Source of the DNA: Trichinella spiralis
Lineage: Eukaryota
Direction: 5' to 3'
DNA length: 64,000 bases
Assembly: GCF_000181795.1 (NCBI RefSeq)
Contig: NW_003526940.1
Coordinates: 380,660-444,659, forward strand
This document shows positions 35,476-49,600 of the stretch, piece by piece. Below the pieces are notes generated by a model. The model was not told the origin of the DNA. It was given only the letters and a program-made list of their open reading frames with translations, and did no database searches. The position numbers and the translations under genes were made by a program. Position 1 is the first letter of the stretch. Every line of letters begins with the position of its first letter.

Positions 35476-38400
35476 TCAGAATATATCATCAGGCAATATA
35501 AAATAATCAAGCGTATATGGATTATAAAATGCATGTATCGCTATATTAAAACTCGGTGGACGGATGGTAACTGGAATAATAATCTTAGAGACGATGGATT
35601 CTTCATTCCGGCCTAGAAACAACTTGTGAATGCGATTCTCATTGCTAATTGCATTTGACTTTGCCCATTTGTTATGCAATTCGAAAAAGTTATTTTGTAC
35701 ATTCGTCAACTGAAACATTTAAAAGTAATTATTGCATTACATTTATCAGAATTTTCATATAAATTTACCAGATTAAAGTCGTCGACATTACTGCAATGAC
35801 CGGCGAAAAAATCACCCGATGGATATTCAAAAATATAATGTGGTCCTTTTGAAGCAGGAAATAGTTCGTTAATGATAAAATTTCCCTCAAATGTTTCATT
35901 GCATCTTTGCTCTGCAATCGGTTCTTCTGCAATTGCTGATATACATTGTGAATATCTTATGTAATGCACCAATTTTTGCATGCTTCTGCAAAATAAATAT
36001 TACTAAAAATTTCATAATATTATTTATTACATTAAATACCTGTATTGGAATATTGGTATAGTGCTTAGATGGGACATAAATGGATGAATAATATTTCTGT
36101 AACTGTCACTGAGTGTAGATAAATAATAATTAAAAAGTGAATTTAACATAAACGTCGGTACATGTTGCACATTTTCCTTTTCAAAAATAATTGGATGAAT
36201 ACTCATCGCGGAGTATTCAGCATCCTGAAAAGTATCATTTAATATTCACAGTTTATAATTAACAAACTTATGTTGTACTTACAACTACAATACTGTAAAT
36301 ATTATTTTCCATTCCAAATCGTCTAACTTCTTTTTCATATTCTATTTCATTCAGATAATGTTCGACTGCTGTTTTAGCTTTGTACTGCTTTTTGCGATAC
36401 TTTTCGTGCTCCATTAGCAAACGTATTGATAAATAATCCGTAACCATTGCGTTAAGCTAAAACCACAAATTAAGCAAGTTCTAATAATGCTTTTAAAAAT
36501 ATTTCTAAACTACAAACAAATGAAAACTTTACCGTATTAAATTAGTTTTAAAATAATATAAATTTAAACTGGAAATAATAATTAAATTCTAAAATTTAAT
36601 TAAAAATTTTAAATAGCAATATTAAAATAATAAATAAATAATAATTTCATACTTGAATGTTAAATTACCTGTTTTATCATTAAACGGATTAATCTTTCAA
36701 GAGAAAACATGACGTATGCATGCGTTGTAAAGATTCCACGCATCTGCTCTTCATACACTTCTTGTTTCAGCTTTCCATCCACAAAATCGATTATAACTCT
36801 GAGTCCCAAATCAAAAAGTTGTCTAGGATCAGACAAATTTTTCTCTAAACAAACACTAATTACAAGGTTAAACGGTGCAATTTAACGCACAAATAAACAA
36901 CTTATAAAGACATTTGACAGCTTGGTAGTGGTGTAAAAATGGTACATATCTTTGTTTTCATAATTATTGGCAAAATCACAAGCATATTGAAACAGTTTCT
37001 CTAATCGATTGCTAAACAGGTAGTGTAGACGAAAAAAAAAATACCAAGCTTCTGGAACGATCATCTTATTCAATCCATCTGGCTACAAGTTAAAATTGCT
37101 TTATTGATATACTATGTACAATGAGAAAATACTTGAGGTGTTGATTTCCATAAATGTGGATTGTCAAAACAGTCTTTCTCTGTTTCACATTCTTCAATTT
37201 CTACAGGACTGTCATTTAAAATTTCAACCACTTCTGGTTCCCCACTTTTCCCGGATAATTTTATTCTGCACTTTAAGCTGCCACTACTTTTAGGAGTTCC
37301 AGAGTCAATGTTCAAAGGTTGCTTCGTTGGAGTTCTCATGTGTGGTGGGGTTTCTAAATAAATTATTCCCCTTCATCAGTAAATAAGTCAACAATTACAG
37401 TGCAAACTTGGATCTGATTTGGATTCCAAACCGCTGTCCGCTTGCATGCCAAACAATGCAGGCACAATATGCTGCAAAATGAAGCGAATTCTTTTCTTAT
37501 TCAAAATAGAAATTGCTTAAATGAAATTAATTGATCCAAATTAGATCAAATTAAATCAACACTAGATTGATCAAAATTTATTCATTTTCTTAAAACTTTC
37601 TTACTTTGCATTTGCATGATTCGTCTCATTACCAATCTTCCTGGATGAAAAAATAAGCACTTTTCGTTTGGATAGAGCAAAGTTATGTAAGGACCTGCTT
37701 CATCGCTTTTAATATTTTTTTCCAAACGCTAAACTGGACATTTTAGATCATACAATTTTTTAATATGTGCTTTGAAAACAATTATTAAAATTTCATGCAA
37801 AAACACCTATTTACCTACTTATTGCAATTCATTCATATATAATAATATATAATGTGCATGTGTGATTAAAATAATTACAGAAATTTTGTCTTCAAAATAA
37901 TTAAAATAAATTCGATAAAATAATAAGTTGCAATAGTTTTTATAAATTCAAGAAACATGAAAATTAATTCGACAGTAGGTTAATTTATTACGTACGCTTT
38001 TGCATATTTTTTGAATTTCTTTTATAAATGTCGAAACACGCAAGCGTTCTGAGTCAGTTTGCCTAAAATAAAAACCTCTAACATCCAAAGCTTTCCAGTA
38101 TAACCTTTGAGATTCGTCTCTCCATTCTAAATGTAGCGCTGCTCTAGCTGCTACCCATTCTTCTGTCTTGTCTTTGAAGCTAAGAAAAACGAAGTCTGTT
38201 AATTGCTTGACTCATAAAAAATAAAAAATTACTCTTTCAGTACTGAAGGAATGCAATAATATGGTGTCATTGTTAAACCTTCAATTAAATCATCGGCCAG
38301 TTTTCCATACATGCTGTAAAGAAAATATCATTTGTAAAATCTTTAATTTTTTAAATTACGTACGTATATGAATTCATACCGTCTAAAGGCTCTGGCTGGT

Positions 38401-41400
38401 ATGCTGACAGAATTTCCTCCAAGTCGATCATCAAGTTGTACTGCTTTTGCTTCACTACGTTTCAATTTTATAATACTGTCCCAAACATTAGATAATGTAT
38501 TTAAGGTTGAGCAGTTTATGCCAATAATATAATCTAGCTAAATAATAAATCATAAAACCTGGCTGATAAAAAACTTTTTAATAACAGATGGCATTTATAT
38601 ACAATGTATAATTCTTTTTCTTGTTCGAATACGTCTGCTTGAGCAGGAGTTGCAATATTTTGCCCTGAATGGGGAGAATTGGAAAAGCACTGATAGTTTA
38701 ACACCTAAACGAGTAATATGCAAATGAACATCATGACACAATTATCAAAAATTTTGGATAATAATTTAATGTCAGTATTAATTAATCCAATATTCTTTTT
38801 CTAGAGCACTCTTAATATTTACAATCTTTCAATTTATTGTACAATGCATTAGTCTACAAAGTTAGATGCATTATTCAAATTATAAAAACTTATTTAAAGA
38901 TTTTTTTGTTTTACGTTTGAGAGCTTTTGTTTAAAATAATTTCAAAAATATAAATTTTTTTAAATTAAGAAGATCAGTTTCCCTTTCATTTGCACTGTGC
39001 TGATCATTGGCCTACTGTTACCTTGTAGTCAATTTTTAATAGCATTTTCTCCTTTATTTTATATTTCTATATACATTGCAAGAATAATAATATTATTATT
39101 ATATTATTGCTAGAATAATATATAATAGTATAATATTATAATACTTTCATACTTTTGAATATTTTGATTTTCATTTAATTTCTTAACAGATAAGCAGCAC
39201 TTAGCAAAACAAATAAACTTAGCTAGATTGATATCTTTTATTTACCTCTCCATTTATGCTTTTTCTTTGAATCATGTAAGCTTCTGGAAGGAAAAAGTAA
39301 ACTTCTTCTAGCATCTTTACTTCATCGACTGCTAAAATCAAAAAAAATTATCAAAACATTAAAAACTTTCCATTAAATAAAATATTTACCTTTAACTATT
39401 TTTCAATATTAACAAAAAATTACACACATTTGCATATATAAAATATATATATATTTGCTTATAATAAGATTACATTTTCTAGTAACTTAATCATTGTTAT
39501 ACAGCAACTCAAAGTAGCCAAACTTTACTAATGATATTACATACTAATGATATGCAGTCACATATTTTTTAGAAAGCTTTCATTTTAAGTCAATGACAAA
39601 TAAATGTATTAAAACGAACCAACGCTTTGAAGAGGATCTAATACAACTGGCCACTCAAGCATACTGTTTTTCACAATAGACAATGCTTTAACAATCCATT
39701 CATGCGCCACTGTTTCTTTTCTAGAAAAAGCACTTTTTACAATATGAATGTAGTGTTTAAAAAATGTCAAACGCTTACTTAAACTTCATTTTTGCACATT
39801 CTAGCAAATTTACCACAGATGGATGTTTATTCCTCAACGAGTTAACTAATTTTAAGAACTTACCATAGCCTTGAAGATTATCCATAATGTCTGTAACCTA
39901 TGACAGAATTCAAAAACAAATTGAGTAAAATATTATGGTAAAAAATGGAAACGAAGACCTTTTTTAAAAATTTTTTTTCTGTGGAACTGTCATACATGGA
40001 TGATTCTTCATACACATCCACTACATCGACCTGACAAAAAATTATTTTATTAATTTTTATAACTAATTTCAAATAACAGTTTATCTTGCGTCTGATAGCC
40101 AAATACATTATTCATTTGGTTTTTATACTACCATATTTTATTTAAAGATTTTTAATTTAAAAGTTAGTCAAAGTTAAACACTTACTGAACTTAAAATCAT
40201 AAGCTATTCAATAGAATGATGAAACAAATTTACTTACTTTGTCTGTTGCTAAGTCGATGATCTCTGTTTGAACATTACTAGCACTTTCTATTCCAACTAA
40301 CGGTGAATGAACAACTATTTTCTCATTAGAAGAATCTTCCTCAACAACGTCCCACCTACTGAAAGTCTCATTCTGGGGCACAGAATCTTCCATCTCAGTT
40401 TCTTGTACTTCAGAAATGGATAATTCATCTTGAATGTTTGTCCATTCAACTAACAAGTCATCATCAATGGTCTCATGGTGGATTTTTTCAAAATTCCCCA
40501 TGTTTTTACTAGTAGTTTCTTCTTTTTCTTCAATAATATTTTGCAAATAAGCAACAGTTTGGGTTCCTTTAGCAATAAATTCCGGATCTTCATCGCTAAT
40601 AAACATTTTTGCTCCAGTAATATTATCTTTTGGAATAATATTTTCCATTGCCTTAATTCCAATGCTTTCCGTTTCTTCAATGTCATCAGCTTCGACTTCG
40701 GCAGGAATATGTTGAACCTCTTCATTGCTGCTATCTCGAATTTCTACATTTCTACTTTCCACTGCTAATTCTGCATGCAATGTTTCTTTTGCAAATTGTT
40801 CATGTCGTTTTGTATTATCTGCACGATTTTGCATTTGTCCAGCAATAAGCAAATCATCAGCTTGTATTTCTATATCACCTTTATTACTTTCACAGGAAGT
40901 CGTATTTTCCGTATCTTGGACTTCGCTTATTTCAGCAGTCGTAGGCATATTCGACATTTCTTTAACAGATGACGTATTATCAGGTTCATTTATTGGCTTA
41001 TTCCTCACAAAATCTCCCATTTCTGGTTGGCATATTCCACCACGTCCAACCACTGACGACGTTTGTATCGTTGGCATGTGCGCTTCACTCACGCCAAGCA
41101 AACTCTCAAGATGTATATTTCTGGATTTAGAAGTTCCACTCCCAGTTTGTTCAGAAACACTTGCTTTTTGAGCTGAATTTAAGTTTTGAACTTTTGCAGT
41201 CGCTATTGTTGATGGCAAAAAAGATATAAATTCTGTGAGTAAATCTGGTGAATCCGAAAAAATCTTTGACAACATGGAATACACCTTCGTTTCTATTCTT
41301 CCTCGATCTAGTACTTTAGGCATGTATTTGTCTCTTATTGACGGTGAATATTCTCGGTAAAAGTTCAGAACGAATATAAATTCCTGATATACTTTCTGTT

Positions 41401-43617
41401 TGTGAACATAGCGCTGCTAAAATATTTATTTTCAGTTTTATAGCACTAATATTTCAAACAAATTTTTAAATCAAAAAATATCAAGCTCCCATTATAAACA
41501 TATAATAAAAAAGTGCATTTATAATAAAACAACGATATACAGCTGATTCATATTTTGATTCATGCATTCAGATAATATAGCAAGCTACATTTTTCCTAGT
41601 GTAAAAAATATTCGTCAATCAAATTAAAAGTATTACAGAGAAAAAATTATAAAGTAACATAAAAATTTACAAATTTCTTATTTTGTTCTACGGCTATAAA
41701 GAATCTTCACTTTTTTAATAAAACAGTTTACTTTCACAGTTTTTCAGATTTATGATAATTCAGCAACACCAGAGATTGAAATATGGAATTTAACAAAATG
41801 CGTTAAATAATTAACACTGATGATCCAAAAGTGCAAAAGATACCCTATCAATTGAACAACTGGATTAAATAATAATAACAATTAATTATTAATAAATATT
41901 ATGTACTATGTTGTTTATTATTTTACTTCACTTTTATGAATTATGAAATGTGCTGCTAAATCAGTTTGATCATTTCTAAATGTAAGTATATTGGCGTTGA
42001 TGACTAAAATAGCACATTTAAATAATTGTCATTTATAAACAACATAAAAGAATAATATCGCAAAATAATATTTTCTAAAAGCTTCAGTAAAATCTGTTCA
42101 TCAATAAATATAAAATTTATAAATGTACCCACCTGGACTTTATTTATGTAATTCATAGCCTTATTAAAGTGCTCCTGATAATGGGGTGAACTGAAAATAT
42201 TCAATGAATGCATTCCACTTCCGACTGCTTGTTGTGGTAAAGTGCCTGGCCGATATGAATAAAGGCAAGTTACTAACCGTACTTTTACTGCTTCGTCCTA
42301 GAGAAATCAATTTTTAAAAACCAATTTAATTTGTGTTTTTATCTCAGTTACCACTGAAAAAGCATCAGCTCGACCTCCTGGCTTTAATACTGCCAAACAG
42401 TCACCATGTAATTCTATTTCATATCCTTCTGGCAATATTAGTTTCATTTCTTTCAATAATTCCGGGCTATTGTAAAGCATCGCTGCAATGTGCTTAACAG
42501 CGCACATTATATCTGTTCTAAATTCAAAACCATTACACAAAAATGTGCATTGATAAAAGTAATTGCTTTTTCTTGCGTTCCCACTTATTATATCGTAAAT
42601 CTTCAAGCACTTCCAGAAATTCAAAATAAGCACGTGGTGTTCGAAAAAGATGATCTCTAATCTTTCCCATATAAAATATCACTTCTCTGGGAAGATTAGG
42701 ATCAGTTAACAAAGTAGAGCCAGGCACATGCACCACTGGAGACGTCATCCAAGGTGGCTGAGGAAATCCAATATTATGGGAAATTAAGTTACTAGTTGAT
42801 GGTCTAAAAATACAAAATTTCCATTTATTTATCATGGTTTATGTTTAAAATTTTGGGCAGCTGAATGTTCAAATTATAAAATAAGCAATAAATGCAGCAA
42901 AAGTTAATTTTAAAAATTTAATTATTATGCTTATATTTTAAAATTAAAAATTCATTAAAAATGTCGAATTTATCATCCAAAAAATTCTCCCTTTTTATTG
43001 CATTAGGTTTCTAAATTCAAACAATTTAGAAGTGAAAATTTCAATGCATTATATGCTTTTGTTTTAATTTTTGTTTCAAATAATAAAATATATAAGCATT
43101 TTCAAAATGTATTATTAAAAATGTTTTTAAGATAGATACTTCTTTACAAAGCTACCACATTAATCATACGTCTTTATAAAATCATAGAGTTATTTTCATT
43201 TGAAGACAAACCATAATAAATTAAAAACGACTTAATTTTTATTACTTAATTATTTCTAGAACTGTTTTTCATATTCCATGTTTTGTCGAAAAAAACTTTA
43301 AAAATGTGTTTACCCGGTAAATAAAGGAGGTGGTAACATTGGCTGAAAATTTGGAGTTGGAGGTAGCATAGCATTTCCAAAATTAATTGGTAGTGGAAGT
43401 GGTGTAGGCCTCATCATTGGAGCGTGTTGTAAATAAAAAGGTGGAACTGCTGGAAAAATTGGCCTGAATATGCCAATTTGTTGGTTCATTGTATACTGAG
43501 GCAGGGGCAACCTGGAACATAAAAAAATGATTCAAAGGAAACAACTCATCAACCATACCTAGCTGCCAATTCAGCGACACTGTTGGGTTGACGGAACCTA
43601 TTTGAACCGTCGTTCAT
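35476..43617 (-). CDS. sin-3: Divergent Sin3-family corepressor (PAH1, PAH2, degenerate PAH3, HDAC-interaction domain, C-terminal domain), multi-exon
   Basis: ATG 43617. PAH1: YMGKIRDHLFRTPRAYFEFLEVL..PELLKEMKLILPEGYEI. PAH2: FNKAMNYINKVQQRY..VYQEFIFVL..PDLLTEFISFLP. HID: LDDRLGGNSVSIPARAFR, MYGKLADDLIEGL, KTEEW..YWKALDVRGFYFRQTD. C-terminal FLGRN. The 3' end is approximate. Confidence 0.85.
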
Positions 43618-46600
43618 GCTGTGAATTTTTTTTCAAGAATCGAAACGTAGCATACAGTAAAAAAACTACGAAATAAACCTTATTAGATTTTGTTTTTAAA
43701 TAAGTTTGATACGTTCGCTTTGGACAGTCAAAACCACAACAGTAATTGTTCAATGAAGAATGGTGGCCTGCTATAAATTCGATTAGGGAAATATTTAAAT
43801 TTATAAGTTGACATAAATACAAATTGACATACTACAAAATGAGTCCATTTTTCCGATGAAATTAAAACATTTTCTCAGTAATTAAATATAGTTATTATAT
43901 ATTCGAATTTACATAATGCCATGATTCTAAAATTTCGTGAAAACATTTATACAGTCATTTCATATATATAAATATGAATGCCCATAACAGTAACTTTTAA
44001 TTAAATTTAGTTTAATTTAGCTAAGCTGTTCTACTAAAGTTGTTAATTAATTACGTAGGAGGACAAGTGATTTAGCGAAAAAAAATTTAATAAAAACTAA
44101 ACTGAAGGAAAAATTATTAGTAAAAACGTACTTTCTGAGGATCTTTTCATCTATAGCATGCAGGTAACAAAACTTCCGAAGTTGGGATGTTTCTAAAGTA
44201 TTTCTGAAAAAAATGAAGCTTTCAAACGAAAAACAACAATACATTTTACAGAGTAATTACATAAATAATCAAAATTAAAATGTTTTGTCTTGTATGTAAA
44301 TAAAACTGTATTAAAATAAAACAAAAATAAAACAATAAAACATGCAATAAACTGTATTTTACTGCAAATAATTTGAATAATTTCATAGATATTTTGCATT
44401 CTTTTTAATAAAAAAATAATTTTTAATATTGTATTTCTTTTCAAAAGAACATGTTATAATGTTGGCGTTAAATGGTGCATTTGTTATCATTTTCTGAATG
44501 AAATTTATTCTCAAATCTGATGGTATTTGTAAATAAAAAATAATCAAATTCCTAAATAGTTAATATTTTGAATTGCATACGTGACAGTATACCTGAAAAT
44601 CATTAAAAATTCATCTAAATGTAAATTTATGGCGGAACGCGATGGTCAATTTTGTTTATTAAACTGTCGGTCAATGTAAAAGTATATAAAATTGTATTGC
44701 TAAATTTATGAGCGTGGGCGTTTCTGGCCGCCATATTGTCCGGCTATTGTTGCCCGTACAGTGTGATTGTATGCGGCTATAATTTTGCTTTGCATACGCG
44801 TGCGCGGCTTTTTGAGCTGGCAGTTTGATCGGGGGCGATCAACTGAAACTTTTGCATAGCAGAAATGAATCGACCACTTTGACAGATTGCTACCAATTGG
44901 TTGGAAACAATTTTGCCAACAGTCCATAGCAGCTGTCTGGGTTGTAAAATGTGATCGTAAAACACATTTATGACTTCATCCTTTAGCATTGGTAAAATTG
45001 CATCGACGAGTCGAACTTTCGGCTCAGCCTGGCTGTTTTGAACATAAAATCTGACCTTTTAAACGAACAAATATTCCTGAAACTTATATTCCATTTCCAT
45101 ATCTCAGTTTTGAAATTCAAATGACCACCACTTAAGCAGAGTAAAAAAACTTTAACTGTTAAATGTTAAAATGTTAAATATGATCGATTTTCATAAATTA
45201 TGCAAAGTTTAATAAGAGCCACATCCACATAATACTCGATTTTTTCATTTCAACCTAAATGATAATAAAACAAATCCATCAGCTTTAATAATTTTCAAGT
45301 TTCACAAACTACAAACATTGAACCTACTTGAAATGGATGAAAAACAAAATTGGAGGAATAAATTTATTAACTGTTCAAATACTGCTTCAACTAAAGAGCA
45401 ATTTTACTAAATGAATATTATTGTGACTTTACCATATTATTGGAGTGATAATAAAGTTATTTTATTTTATAATAATTTTTGCAAAACCTATTAATTAAAT
45501 AAACTGTTTATAACAGTGTAATATAAATTTATTATTATCTAAATGATCAATAACTGATTTATGCAATGAGAAACGGTTTATTTCAGCAAATAGATTGTTT
45601 GTTGTCTTTTGTGGTCAATTTTATAATATATAATTTTGTTATAATCCGTCAATGTGAAGCTTTCATTTTTTAAAGCTTGAAAATTTTGATAATTTTGTTA
45701 AATACGAGAAAATGCATTAAGCTCAGTTTACTCTATTCCATATGTGAATAAACAGAAAGGGCAAAATGTTTCAGCATCGACGTGACAAATGAAGCAATAA
45801 AACCAATTTTATGGCATATATGCTGTACAGTGTCGAATCAAACAGAACAAATGAAAATGAAATTTCCAGCAAAATCTTGGACAGACAAATTGGCAAACAC
45901 CCTCGGTGCCACGAACTAGGCTTAATCATATTTGCACAATGCAAGATGTCAGCGGAGCAATAAAACTTTTGAATCACTGACTGTATTGATGCTGATGCTC
46001 AGATAGACAGATTCCCATGACCGCAGCTTATTCATCAATACTTCATCTACACTGCATTTCAGCAACAAATTGCAAATTATTATTTTATTAACATTTGCAA
46101 ATGATTTTGCACAATAAACACAATAAACATTGACCAAATATCTAAGTGATGATGATGGGCAAGATTCACTTAATTGAATGCATGCTGAGCTATTAAAAAG
46201 ATTTGTTTACTTTAAAAATTGAATATTATAATTTGAAAAATGTTGTATTCATAAATAAGTTCGTTTCTTTATAACTTTACTTCTTTTTTTTATAAAATTG
46301 CAAGTAATTTCTTTCGACTGAGCATTTCAAATTATAATAACGAAGGACTTTTATAATATTAAAAATGCAAAAAGAAACACTTTAATTTGAACATTTTTCT
46401 TTATTCACTTTAATGAATAAACAACAGAATAAACGGAAAAATGTCCTTTTTTCTCTTATTAATCCATAATGAATAATAAGAAAATTAATGAGAGAGCATT
46501 GTTGATGTTAATTTATACAAAATGAAAAGAAAGAATAACGAAAGAAAAAAAACAAAGGCGATGTCAACGCGCAATTGAGAGAGCAAACATTTTTGCTCAT

Positions 46601-46671
46601 TTTATAATTCCATCATCAGCTAGCTTCGTTCAAAAAACGAAATAGCCATCATCTGGAAATCAGCTTCTGTT

Positions 46672-49600
46672 TCACGTCGGAGTAGTAGACGAAGAGCAAA
46701 GTGCATGTTGGGCTTGGGATGTGCTTGTCGCTTCGGCTTGAGCACGCTGCTGCTGCTTTTTTTGCTTCATCCGACGATTTTGAAACCAAATTTTCACTTG
46801 TCGTTCCGTAAGACCCAAACTTCGGGCGAGTTCCCAACGTTTCTGCTTCGACACGTAAGCATTGTAAAGGAATTCTTTTTCCAACTCCAACGTCTGGTAC
46901 TTTGTATACGGCTTCCGCTTTTTCCGTATTGACAGTGCATTCGTCCACTCAATACTGTGATCTTCAGAAAAAAAATGAAAAACAATCGTTAATAAGATAC
47001 GACATTGAAATTTGTGCAATTGCATTAAAATTCATATATTAGAGTTCATGAAAATTTGCATATTATTATGATAATTTAATGCATTCAAACGGTCTATTTT
47101 ATCTATGAGGCAATTATACTTAATTCAATATGCTGTCAATTTTGCCGAGCTTTAATGGCAGTGTTTTGTTATTGTTATTTATTAATATTATTGTCGTTCA
47201 GTGCTTGAGCATTGCACTGCAACAAATGCTTCACGAGCATAAGAAGGCAAAATTTTCCATTTTCAACATCACATAAATTATTTTAATTTCAGATTAAATC
47301 TTTAACGTATACTTGTATAAATAACGCGAAATAATTTCACCAAAACTGGCAGTTCATCCGGATGCCATAAATTTTACAAAATGAAATTCTTCTTCGCACC
47401 CTGTAATTTACACGTAATGCATGGATGGGTAAGCAATGCATGTGAAAGGAAGTTGTACAGGAAAATCAACATGCAATCACCGCTACAAGAATAAAGAAAT
47501 GTTGCAAAATATCAGCATCAATTATTTATTTCCTTGAGCAATTCAACTACTTCAAATCGAATGCTTAATTCAAATAATTTTAATGCAAATATTTTCAAAA
47601 AATATATATGTGCTTTTATTACGTACAGTTGGTACATAATTTTTTGTTGCTGTTTTTCATGACAAAAGCCAATTATTCAGTTATTTCATTTAAAATCTAC
47701 ATCTTTTGATTAATGTAAAATTTGCATAAAATAGTGCAATTTGGAAACATTTTTTCTTTTATCACATGCATGCTTGATGAATATTCATCCTTTTCCTTGC
47801 ATTAAAAGTATATTTATTCAGAAAAAGCATTTATTACTGCTTATCTGTATTTGCAATACCACTGAGCCTCAGTGCAAATGCAAATTTCATGCGTTGCTGC
47901 CATTGATCTAAGAATCATTATAATGATGACTTTTTTTGGCTTTCTTCTCATAAGAGTAGCAGTAGAATAAGTTTTAAAAATTGAAAGACGAAAAATTTAA
48001 TATTTCAGTTAATAATTCTTCCAAACAATTTGCGTGCTGATGAAAAACTTATTTGAAGAAAAAAGAAAACAATAAATGTTTTGTACATTACTTCTGCGTG
48101 CGGGCATTGACTAATTCGATGACCCACCATTGGCGGCCTATTATATGGGGTGCTTCGTCACCTTCTGTCGAGCTCGTATTTCATTTTTACTATCCCAATA
48201 TGTCAAAAACACAATAGTGCTTTATAGCAAATTGTCTGTTGATCCGTGGCGTTTATTGGCAAATAAACGATTCCGTTTCAACAAGCTGACTAACATTAGC
48301 CGAAAATCACAGCTTATAACTAGCTTAACCAGCTTATAGCTGGCTGATCAACATAGTGCATCGCTTTTTTAGTTGTTACAAAAGAATAACATGTTGAGAG
48401 AAAAATTTCATATGCTAATGAGAGATTAATAAATTTATGCTTAAGCTTTTAGTTTTTTCTTGTTTGAAATGAAGCAAGCAAGCGAACAAATTGTACAAAA
48501 CATCAGCATCAACAACGGCAGCAGTAAACTCTGTAAACTGGATTCTTTTTGATTTTGCCGACTGCTACATCGACTACTTGTGAGTTTTTGAGAAATTTTT
48601 CAAAAGCAGATTTAAAAAGATTTACGAAACAAATTAGAAATAAGAGGTCATTGGCCGCTATTTCCCAACCTTTGAGAAGCTATTCAAGCATATGCAGCGG
48701 TGACGACTGATCTCAGAAAATCCAACAGCACATAGATATTATAGAAAACGTCTAATATCGGCTCAACGTGATCGCAGCAGCAATCTATGAACAACAACTG
48801 GACGTACATCATTTCGAAAAGGCAAATCTTCCTTTCATCTGACAATTGTCGGACATTTTTATCAGCTTAAAAATGCTTTTTTATTTCTTATTTTATTCCA
48901 CTTTTCTAACTTTCATGATGACAATTCAGTTCTGCCAGATTTTAAGGTAATTAAATTTTACGATTCAACGTTGATTGGGGAATTTGTCGGAAAGAAGAAG
49001 AAAGAAAAAAAAATCCCTTAACAATTCTACTCAATTTGAAAAATTGTAATAAAAATTTCAGACGATTTGAATCAGTTAATGTGCAAAAATTAAAAAACAG
49101 AAGAAAATATTTTTACAGTTCATCTATACTTATTGATAAATAATATTTGAAAAATACAAAACTTTAAACTTATAGAAAAGAACTGAATATAAGAATTTTA
49201 GATAACGAAGTATTTAAAAATTATATATATATATATATATAATTTACTGCAATGCAAACACCTTTATTATGAAAAGAACATGCTTCGTATTACTACAAAA
49301 GTAGTGATTAAATAATAAATAAAGTAGATATTACAGATAAGCTGCCTTAAGTTAGTAAATCACCAGTATACGTTTCTCTGAAAATCAGTAACATTTTAAT
49401 TAAAAACATCAGATAGTTTGTCATAATTCACTTTAAACATTAATAATAAATTGGCCAAAGAATACAAAAATTGACGCACATCAGACGGCTGATAAATAGC
49501 AAACCAGATTGGCCTAGTTGGCCCAAATGAAGGTCTGTTTTTCTTAAATTATTTGCTAAATTTAAATTTAATGAAAAAATTCATTTTTTTATCACATGGA

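Noticed and set aside
47398..47462. miR-10-like seed ACCCTGTA in the Abd-B intron
   Set aside because: The rest of the sequence does not match miR-10 and the hairpin pairing is poor by eye.
49352..49373. 10-nt match to the 5' end of miR-iab-4 (ACGTATACTG, minus strand); partial match also near 47305
   Set aside because: No convincing precursor hairpin, the 3' half does not match, and it is intronic rather than downstream of Abd-B.
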